A DNA stretch of 64,000 bases from Minutocellus sp. GHC0000111 (taxonomy: Eukaryota). The number at the start of each line of letters is the position of its first letter. Positions within the stretch are counted from its first letter, which is position 1. Below are positions 55,117 through 64,000 of the stretch, piece after piece. Below the pieces are notes generated by a model. The model was given only the letters and a program-made list of their open reading frames with translations, was not told where the DNA came from and did no database searches. The stretch lies in assembly GCA_977018835.1 (NCBI GenBank), contig OZ361258.1, positions 1,488,001-1,552,000 on the forward strand. Direction: 5' to 3'. Both the position numbers and the translations under genes were made by a program.

Positions 55117-57477
55117 ATGGCCGCCGCTACTACTGCTGCTACCGCCGCCACGAACGCCACCGCCGGCCTTCGCCGCACGGCAGTCCCAAGGGCACCACCC
55201 GAGTTATCATCGTACAAGACCCGATTCAATGCATATCTTCAGCATATCGGTCTTCCCTTTGTCGACGACTTGACGCCCGAAGACGTCGCATCGCCCGGCG
55301 ACATCGAATCAATTATGTGCTCTTGGGCCGAGTACATGTCGACGAACCCTCCGAGGTACATGAACAACCGGGACAAGCTCCTCAAGGCTGACGGCGTCGG
55401 CAACGGCTTCGGCCTCATCAAGGAGTACCTGAAGGACCGGTTCGGCCGCCACGTCGACTGGACCGACGAGACCTGGTTCACCCTCTCCAAGGGCGCGCTC
55501 GTCAAGAAGCTGGAGAGAGACAGCGTCCGTGGCACATCTGGTGTCGACGAAGTACCCGGCAAGATCGGCATCGTTCGCCTCAACCCCGATGCTGGTGTTA
55601 TTGAAGGACACGACGGTGTCAGCACCAGTCCATTTGCCGACGATGTTCCCGACATGGTCACCATCAATCGCAAGCTACTGAAAACCAGCAAGCTCGGCGA
55701 CAAGCACCAGCGACGCCTTGCTCTCAACTTGACATATGCCGCCGATGGCCGGTCCGGGGAGGTGAAATATCTCAACTACCAGGGCATGACATATGATCCC
55801 GTCGGTAATTGTGCTGCTGCTGACTGGAAGGACTTGAAGAATGGCACGACCAGGCCGACTACCTTCTGTACAGATTATGACCGGTGGGAGACTTGTGTGT
55901 TTGATGCCCTTGGTGACCACTGGAGCGTCGATGGTGGCCTCTCTCGTACCTGCAACTCCTCTGGCAATATAGGTTTTCTCCAGGCCTTTGTTGTACCGAT
56001 GTGCCAGGCTCGAAGCGATTCCTGGACTTCCAAGACCCTCACCGAAACCTTGCGAGATGATCTGCCGGATTCAATACGGGACAGCATATCTGGTCGAAGC
56101 ATGCGATACGGCGGCACTACCCACCTTCACGAAGATCCGTCGGTGAATCATCCAGAGCTCACGGCACGATCAGGCCACGCTCCTGCTGATAACACCAGGC
56201 ACTACGTGCTATCTCGGCGGGCGATGCAACATGTGCCAATGAGGTCTCTTGCTGGCCATCCCTCTCCTCGGAAGTCCCACCGTCCTCCTCGGCTCATTGC
56301 CATCAGCACTTTGCCTGACGACATGGCTCTTTTGGATCGGTTTGCAGACAAATTATATCCAATGACAATGCCTGATTTCAAGGCTGGAGGGAGGCTACGG
56401 CAGCTGGTACGGGAGGTGCTGGCCACCAACATTATGAATTTTTCGACGAAGCTGTCTTTTCTTGGAGTTGCAGGCCCTGCCGTTCGTCGGATGATGAATG
56501 TGGGGGACGAGCTCGGTATTGATCTGTCTCAATTGAAGGGGTGGTCAAGGAAGGTGGCAGATGATTTCAAGGCCATCAATGCACCGTATTCATCCGCTGA
56601 GGAGGAGCTTGCTACTGTGGTAGCTGAAAACAATCGTTTAGTATCAGATTTGCGGAAGGAGATTGCCGATTTGAAGGCTTTGGCAGCAACCAACGCAAGA
56701 ACAATATGTCACCTTGAGACTCAGCTACAAAAATCGGATGCAAGGGCGCTAAATGGAACATCGGTGCCATTGATTGCTTCTGGTGGTGTTGATTCGGCGG
56801 TTGCTGGTACCAGTAGACCTGCCGGTGGCACCATCCGACGAAGAGAGCCATCCCCACCGCGATCCCCTGGCCGAAACGTGCGGCAGCGCACCGCTGGAGG
56901 TTCTGGCATTATCGGCACCGCAATATCTGCCATTGCAGTATCGCCGGTTGCCATAGCAAGGAGAATGGTTGGAGGAGCGCCACCGCTACCGACGGCTCTT
57001 CGGCCTCCACCGCTACCAACGACGGAGCAGTTGTCAACTGTCAGCAGCGCTGGGGGCAAAAAGAAGAATAAGTGGCCGCTCATGAGCGAAATAGTAATAG
57101 AATTGGCTCGATCTGGAAAGCTGAAGTCAGGGTCGTCGCATGAATCCATGCCTCCGCCGCTGGCAATACTTCCCAGGGCTTTTGATCGCAATGAAAAGAC
57201 AAAATATAAGTTGGCAATGCGTGTGGTTGATGCAGCTGTCACAAAAGATCAGGATGATGTGTTTAGAGCAGCCGAGATCGATGAGGCCGAACTAGTGGCA
57301 AAAGGAAAGGCTTTAGATCTTGAAGTCCGTCGGTGGTTGGCAAGCAAGATGAATAAGAATCTCACCAAAAGCAGGTTGACAGCGCAGGTGCTAGGAGTGG
57401 GAGCGAATGCCCAGAAATTACCAGACAATGCATGGCCGAGGTCCAATGGGGGTCTTTTTGGGATGTTTCGTAAATAA
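55117..57477 (+). CDS. Crypton-like tyrosine recombinase, intact intronless ORF
   Basis: Catalytic-order residues R (DGRSGEV), K (WKDLKNG), xxxR (SGRSMRYGG), H (RSGH), Y (NTRHY), followed by a helical domain, a coiled coil and a low-complexity region. Confidence 0.8.
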   Translation: MAAATTAATAATNATAGLRRTAVPRAPPELSSYKTRFNAYLQHIGLPFVDDLTPEDVASPGDIESIMCSWAEYMSTNPPRYMNNRDKLLKADGVGNGFGLIKEYLKDRFGRHVDWTDETWFTLSKGALVKKLERDSVRGTSGVDEVPGKIGIVRLNPDAGVIEGHDGVSTSPFADDVPDMVTINRKLLKTSKLGDKHQRRLALNLTYAADGRSGEVKYLNYQGMTYDPVGNCAAADWKDLKNGTTRPTTFCTDYDRWETCVFDALGDHWSVDGGLSRTCNSSGNIGFLQAFVVPMCQARSDSWTSKTLTETLRDDLPDSIRDSISGRSMRYGGTTHLHEDPSVNHPELTARSGHAPADNTRHYVLSRRAMQHVPMRSLAGHPSPRKSHRPPRLIAISTLPDDMALLDRFADKLYPMTMPDFKAGGRLRQLVREVLATNIMNFSTKLSFLGVAGPAVRRMMNVGDELGIDLSQLKGWSRKVADDFKAINAPYSSAEEELATVVAENNRLVSDLRKEIADLKALAATNARTICHLETQLQKSDARALNGTSVPLIASGGVDSAVAGTSRPAGGTIRRREPSPPRSPGRNVRQRTAGGSGIIGTAISAIAVSPVAIARRMVGGAPPLPTALRPPPLPTTEQLSTVSSAGGKKKNKWPLMSEIVIELARSGKLKSGSSHESMPPPLAILPRAFDRNEKTKYKLAMRVVDAAVTKDQDDVFRAAEIDEAELVAKGKALDLEVRRWLASKMNKNLTKSRLTAQVLGVGANAQKLPDNAWPRSNGGLFGMFRK

Positions 57478-57509
57478 GTAATCATTCATTACCAACACAT
57501 GTAGTAAAC

Positions 57510-60500
57510 ATGAAGTTACCGGTAGTTACATGTAGACTCGCCGCCGCCGCCGCCGCCTCTGCGCAACAAGACACAAATGCCAACAACAACACGAGCCGCT
57601 TTTACGTCGGATGCAAGGTGGCCAAGGACTTTGATGGGACAATTTATCGTGGGGCCATTACAAAGTACACCGCCGCCGCTAGTGATATCAATGCCGATGG
57701 CAATAGCCGCGATGATGTCAATGACGAGGACAATTCCGAAGCCCTCTGGCATGTGCAATATGACGACGGTGACGAGGAAGATTACAATCGACAGGAACTC
57801 TTGGACGCCATGGCGCTTTACGACCAGCAGAAGGGCATCACTGGTACAAGTGGCACTGGCGCAGCCGGTTGCGTGGTAAACATCGACAGCAGCGTCGATG
57901 CGTGCCAAGATGTGGAGGTGGAAGTACCCTCCGATTTCTTCTGCGCGGAGGACCATCACAATGTCAAAGCCAGACACCTGCCCTACAAATATGGCACCCG
58001 AGGAGGTCGGACGGTACCCATGCTCTCGGAATTAGAGGCAACGATGTGGACTCAGAGGCATGCAGCTCACGCAGCCGCTCAGCGACGTTTTCCAATGGAG
58101 GCCGTGAGACTGCTGGGGAGCATCACCCTCTATTTCGAGGAGAGGAGCGAGAAGGAAGCATTGGACAAGGTGGGGCTCTTGGCCATGTCGCACAAAGCTT
58201 CCAAGCTGCATCGGTCGCGACAAACGTCTCGCTTTGGTATACCTCGCAAGCCCAAGGCGTGCTATGATAAGTTTACCAAGGACATAACGCCAAAGCAGGC
58301 GCTGACGGAGGCCATGATTGAAATGGATATTGAGGAGGGAACCTCCCTGGATTTGCTCCCAGACGATGTTCGGGAGCGTTTGGAAAAGCGCTCGACGGAG
58401 ATTAGATGCTCATGGAAGCCCATCAAGAATTCACCGCCTCTACGGGAATGCTGGCACCCCTATTCTGGCGATTTTGTCAAAGAGGCGCTTGGAGATGACG
58501 TCTCAGATGCTGAATCTCACATCCTCATCGAAACGCTTGCGTCGTGGGCTAAAAATGAAAACGGCAGCACAGGAGTTACAGTGATTGACCGAGCAGAAGG
58601 GCGGACTGCTTCTCTTTACAACGGACTCCGTCATGTTCGGACTGACGCCGTTTCTATATTGGATGCTCTCCTCGACCTCAGCCACACGACCTCACTGTAC
58701 GAAATCCCATTGATCACTCCTGTGTCGGTGGCACGCACTGTGAAAACGATTGGTGATAACAGACGCACTTGGAAGATTCGAATCGGCGTGTACATGAATC
58801 GTCTATTGCCGGAGGTACTGACAGCGTCGACGCTTCATGTTATTATGTCTGCGCTTGATGAGGGATCATTCATTGTCAGCGAGGCATTGCACACTCCGCC
58901 GATGAGAGATCCAAATGATCCTGTTTTTGTGTCGGCAAAATACCCCATTGTTCGCGTCCCGGGCAAAGATGAGATTATCGAAATCTTATCTGATATCGAT
59001 GAAGACGATATGTCTGTTGAGGAAGAAAAGAAGACCGAAGATACTGACCGTATTGTGGATGCTGCCATGATGGGAGCATCGAGGGACTCCCGTACCATCA
59101 GCCCATTTACCACCAGTGGCCTTCTGAAGCTGTTGGAGAGCCAGGGTAATGTTACAACCGATTGGCCGGACATTGCCGAGTCGCTTCAGCCATTCCTTCA
59201 GCTAGATTTAATGCTTCACCAACAACACGCCGTGTGCTGGATGAGACAAATGGAATCTCTCGGAGGCCTCGGCATCAATTCCATACTCTGGGAAGAAAGA
59301 AAATTTTTGGATGGAGGCTGTTACTATTATTCTCCAGCCCTTGGACAAATCCGTTTGGGCAAGCCACCGAGCACGGTCGGAGGAATCTTGAGTGACATGA
59401 TGGGGCTGGGAAAGACTCTGGAAGTGCTTTGTCTCATTGCTAGTACTCTGGAGCAGCTCAAGGCCGAAGCTAGGGAAGGGGGCGGTGACTGTACTCATGC
59501 CACGCTCCTTATTCTCCCGCCAGCTCTTGTCGCTCAGTGGCGCAAGGAGATTGAAAAATCATGTGGCGACACACTAAAGGTCGACGTACTCGATGCCCAT
59601 GCAAAGATTATAGATGAAGATATTGTCCAAGACCAAGGCAATGGACCGGACATTCTCATTACAACATATGGTGCTCTGGAGACCACGAAAACGAGTAAAT
59701 TTCTTGCTTCGTGGCAATGGGGACGCATCGTTTTGGATGAAATGTGAGTGCTATTTGTTTGATTACATATTCTACTCTCTTCCTGCCTCTATTGCTCGAC
59801 AACTGTGTACCTGGATATATGTAGAGCTCTTTCGGGGCTCCTAGTGAGAGATAAATAAATTTGCTCTAGGTACATGCTTCTCACAAAACAACACCGTTTT
59901 CATCTTTGCATTTTATTCATATGTTTACATAATACACAGGCAAGAAATTCGGTCCAGCACTACAAAGATTGCAAAGAATTGCGATGGTCTTGTCTGCACT
60001 CGGCGCTGGCTGGTGTCTGGTACGCCTATATTTGAAGGCATTTCCGACCTGCGTGGAGAGCTCAATTTTTTGCGCCTCGAACCTTATGCTGCCAAGCTGG
60101 AGGATGGTTTCTTTGATTTCTCGATCACAAATCACTGGAACACGCACTCAGAACATGGCCTGGAAACCTTGAAAATCCTTGGTCTGCTCATGCTTCGCCG
60201 CTCGAAAGACATGACGATTGCGGGTACCGGGCGATCTATAATGGAGCAAAAGAAACTCACGGTGGAATTCGTCCCTGTCAGCCAGGAGCCATCTGAGCGT
60301 GCTCTTTATTTCTGGATGGAACACATTGTGTCCGAGGAGCTCAAGCAAAAGTTCGATGGAAGCAAGGATCTCAAGTCTCGGGATCTATGCCTTCGAATGC
60401 TCAGGGAATTGTGCTTTACGCCCTGCCTTCTGAACGGGGGGATGGGAGTGTCATCCCAACTCAAGACACTCAACACTCTCATGGTGAGGGCCAATCGCCG

Positions 60501-61590
60501 TGCTCACTCCGGAGCCCTCCACACCAGCAACCAGATGAGCGCTGACAACGACGATCGTCCCCGCAAGAGACGCGAGACGATTCGGATCATGAGCTGCGAC
60601 GAGGCCCTACGTTTCTTGACGCAGGTTCGGTCAGAAGCCAATGTTGGGGACGAATTTGTGAGCGATGTCCGCTTTCCATTGATGTGCCCGTTGGTGTCAG
60701 CAGAAGGGCCCATCCCGTTCATACGGCGCTACCTCGAGATGTCCTTGCACATCTCCGGGCGGCTACCGGGATGGACTTGGACTGTCATCGCTCGGTGATT
60801 CCCCAGAGAAATGAGTACGGGTTGTCAAGCAAAGTCCGAACTCTATTGAAGGATCTTCCGGAGGGAGAGGCATCTGTTGTTTTTGCCACTTCGAAAGAAG
60901 GAGTTGCTCATATATCGGCTGTACTTCGAGTCAAGAATGTACTGCATAAAACTTTGTTTGTTGGCCAAGATACTATTACATCAGCGGAAGCGGTCACCGC
61001 TTGGGAACAAATGGATTGCGAGGCGAGCATGACCGGGCCAGTCCTAGTCGTTCAAGCTGGTGCAGCCGCTAGTGGTCTAACTTTGACGGCTGCTTCAAAA
61101 TTATTTCTCGTCGAACCATTTTCGAGACAAGAAGAGGAAACGCAGGCATATGCTCGTTGTCATCGCTACGGCCAAAAGAACAATGTCCATGTCAAGGTAT
61201 ATTATGTGCCAGTGACCGTTGAGAGTCGTCTTTTGGAATGGCGGAGCCGCGAGTAAAATGGCGGGTACTTCCTCAGGATCTAACGCGACCTATGTCTTTA
61301 CGGAGTTATTTGATGAGGAGGATTCCGACGATGAGAGCTCTGATGATGGTGTTATCGACATGACGGATAAGGGCTTATCGGGCGAGGGAAGCGGAGATGA
61401 GGGCAGCGGAAAGTCCACGGGCGATGCCGAATCAAGCGAAGACCACAGAAGGACAAAATTCTTATTGGGTTTGGTGGATGCGGATGGCAATCCCATTGGC
61501 ACTCATAATGGCGATGAAGGCGATGATAATGACGGTGGCGACAATGACGACGACCGCAAGATATCCGCTCGTCGGTTTGTTCTCGATTGA
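57510..61590 (+). pseudogene. SNF2-family (RAD5/RAD16-like) ATPase with N-terminal Tudor-like domain; intron 59744-59939; frameshifts near 60675 and 61245
   Basis: LMLHQQHAVCWM, GGILSDMMGLGKT, TLLILPPALVAQW, RIVLDEM/QEI, LVSGTP, SSKVRTL, GLTLTAASKLFLVEP, QAYARCHRYGQ. The expected RING insert is not visible at the first frameshift. Confidence 0.8.
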
Positions 61591-61710
61591 GTATCGTTTG
61601 ATTACATTCACCAGAAAGGACTTCAACAGTTAGCTAGTTGGCAAGAAAATTAATTAGCTAGTACATCTCCATTGATATGGATACCAACCTGCTGTAATAT
61701 TGAACACTCA

Positions 61711-62649
61711 TTACTTTTCCTTCAAGAACTCAAGGTCAAAATCTTTCCACTCCGTCGTAAACCAGAACCAGTGGCTGGGCTCCCGAAAGAACTGTTTCAA
61801 CGTAAATCGCTCCTTCCGCGATATGAATGGAAACAATGTCTCTGCTACTACATCCTTCTGATACTCCTCCCCACGCTTGACTCGCCAGTACTCTGACAGA
61901 AAGTGAACCTGCCTCAATCCAACCACAACATCCAGGGGCGGAGGTAGCAAAGCCCACCATTCGTATAACATACGTCCATCACCCTCCAAATCCAGCTCAT
62001 CCTTGACCTCCTCTGTGAGTTCATTGACTCTGCGATACAGGTTGACTTGACTGGCCAGAATCCAGAACGCTGCTGCGTTGAGAATGGTCTCACCGCCAGG
62101 TATGTGCAGAACAGATAGTGGGAATCCAATAATGATACCGTAAACGAATGGAAACAAAGTGCCATAGCCACCGCAGCCGGTCACTCGACCCTCGGTCTGT
62201 AACTCATGCTGATACAACTCCTCCTCAACCGAGAACTTGTAATATCCATACCATCCTAAAGCGGTGGGAACAGACCCAAGGATTGTGAGCCAGACAGGGC
62301 GAGGGATGCCAGGCACCTCCGGAGGCGCGGTGAGCTTGGCAAGCGGATCGGACGGCGCCGAGCCGCCCGGTCGAACCTCGACGTACTCCCTCACCGGTAA
62401 AATCACCAACTTCTTCCAGAATTCGTTTGTGCCCCGGCAAAACTCATCGATGCGCTTGGCCGACTGTTCTTCCTTTTCTTTGGAGGCTGGCGTGGCCAAC
62501 AAAGGGATGGTGGCACTTGGTCTTCTTTGAGCCAAGGGCGCTGCTTGTTGCTGAACGAATGCATCGCATGGCGAAAGCAAAAGAGTGGTGATAAGCAAAA
62601 GGATTACCTGCACGAAATGTGCCGTCTTTGGCACAAATGGAGATCTCAT
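61711..62649 (-). CDS. Hypothetical plastid membrane protein
   Basis: Signal ...LLLSPCDAFVQ and several hydrophobic segments in a single ORF. Confidence 0.75.
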   Translation of the reverse strand: MRSPFVPKTAHFVQVILLLITTLLLSPCDAFVQQQAAPLAQRRPSATIPLLATPASKEKEEQSAKRIDEFCRGTNEFWKKLVILPVREYVEVRPGGSAPSDPLAKLTAPPEVPGIPRPVWLTILGSVPTALGWYGYYKFSVEEELYQHELQTEGRVTGCGGYGTLFPFVYGIIIGFPLSVLHIPGGETILNAAAFWILASQVNLYRRVNELTEEVKDELDLEGDGRMLYEWWALLPPPLDVVVGLRQVHFLSEYWRVKRGEEYQKDVVAETLFPFISRKERFTLKQFFREPSHWFWFTTEWKDFDLEFLKEK

Positions 62650-62887
62650 TGTTCCGGTTATCACGGCAACAATTAGGAATTCCTACCACAGGCCACAGGC
62701 GGGTAAATGAGGTGGTCGGCGAAGGATGAGCAAAAATGCAGGCAGGCGGATGAGGCAAACTGAGCCACAACCCAGCCACAAGCATCCATGATGATGCCCG
62801 CCCTTCGACATTGAAGGTTCAGAGTGGCCTCCAAAGTCAGTAGATCTACTACTACGTAGCTACAGAAGTAGCGCTACTAGGCCGGCG

Positions 62888-64000
62888 ATGCCCTCTACCC
62901 GGCGCCTTGCCATTTCCATCGCCGTTGCCGCCGCGTGTGATGCCTTTGTGCCTCCACCACCCTGCTTCCCGAACAGCGGCTTCAGCCGCTCTACCAATAC
63001 CATGCGCACCACCCAAAGAAGACCACTCGTGCTGAGGAGTGGCAGCACCGATGTCATAACCGACATAATTGCCGACGATATACTCCCACGCATGATATCA
63101 TTCTTTGCTCTGGACATGGTGGATTCGACAACAAATCGGTTTTATTACATCTGTCGTCCCCCAACGGGAGAGCGCGAACATCGGCACATGCCCATACGTG
63201 ACATAGCGGCGGCTTGGGATGCTACCAAGGCATTGTTGTTTCTGGAAACATACAGCAGCTACGATGGACAGAGTGACTTTAATGATAAAACTCAAACCGC
63301 TGAATTAATGCGGCAAAATTTGCGGGCGGCAGTGTGTTCCACTCTCGAGGCATACCAACCGTTGACGCCAATGGTAGCAGCTGGAACTGAATTCGCAGAC
63401 CAACAGCGTTCCGCATTGACTCTTGCTGCCAGCATACTCCACGAGACCGCCAATATTGCTCACTCGGCTTTGCTGATAATGGCAACTGCAAATGCTCAAA
63501 GATTATCCATTTGTCCAGACTCCGATATTCATAAAATTATCAGTGGCTTACTTCAAGGCATCCTCTCCAGACAACGACCCGATGGTGCATTCCGAGTAGA
63601 ATTTCCGAGTAACGGGCAGAATGATTGCGGCGATGTGTACACGGGCATCGACTTCTTTCCAGGCGAGGCAATGCTGGCCTTGATGGATGTTTATGATTTA
63701 TCTGAAAAATTTGGGAGTGTTGTAGATGAAGCGGTCAGAGAATCCATCGTATCAAGCATGGAGAGAGCCTACATATTTTACTGCGACTATTATCACCAAG
63801 AGAGACCCGATGTGAACTTCAATATTTGGCAAATCATGAGCCTTTCTCGTTTTTACGACATACTTGGGCGACGGGGTAGGTTGGATCAAGCTACCTTTGT
63901 GGCACAGCATGTATTGGACATGTGTCGGGACATTGTGCATTCGAGGGCGTGGAAAGAGCTGAAGCAGGGTCAGCGATTCTATCCAAATCTGAATACTGTG
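62888..64000 (+). CDS. Plastid-targeted protein, probable alpha/alpha-barrel fold; runs off the window
   Basis: MPSTRRLAISIAVAAACDAFVP presequence. The frame appears open to the window end. QRPDGAF and DFFPGEAMLAL motifs. Confidence 0.7.
   Translation, partial: MPSTRRLAISIAVAAACDAFVPPPPCFPNSGFSRSTNTMRTTQRRPLVLRSGSTDVITDIIADDILPRMISFFALDMVDSTTNRFYYICRPPTGEREHRHMPIRDIAAAWDATKALLFLETYSSYDGQSDFNDKTQTAELMRQNLRAAVCSTLEAYQPLTPMVAAGTEFADQQRSALTLAASILHETANIAHSALLIMATANAQRLSICPDSDIHKIISGLLQGILSRQRPDGAFRVEFPSNGQNDCGDVYTGIDFFPGEAMLALMDVYDLSEKFGSVVDEAVRESIVSSMERAYIFYCDYYHQERPDVNFNIWQIMSLSRFYDILGRRGRLDQATFVAQHVLDMCRDIVHSRAWKELKQGQRFYPNLNTV

Overview
Gene-dense eukaryotic genomic DNA, most consistent with a diatom or related stramenopile: short GT-AG introns, several bipartite signal+'AF' plastid presequences, and a diatom-type (CoDi-like) Ty1/copia element. 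About 22 host genes are interrupted by two accessory islands. Island 1 (~4.85-20.2 kb) is bracketed by a duplicated gene 5' end. It holds a decayed Copia element whose LTRs now face each other after a ~1.2-kb inversion. That element has a Tudor-like domain after the integrase, a self-complementary primer site and a systematic TpA->TpG/CpA (Tyr->Cys/His) mutation pattern. Island 1 also contains two minisatellites, a 660-bp TIR element with a 4-bp TSD and an NLR-like gene with tandem NB-ARC domains. Island 2 (~52.5-57.5 kb) pairs an intact Crypton-like tyrosine recombinase head-to-head with an internally deleted RAG1/Transib/Chapaev-like transposase, and the 480-bp spacer between them is almost entirely back-to-back hairpins. 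Notable host architectures: plastid thioredoxin-cNMP-EF-hand fusion, F-box-MBD4 glycosylase, LCMT-GNAT fusion and a plastid UvrD helicase lacking most of subdomain 2B. All family calls come from motifs read by eye; no database searches were run.
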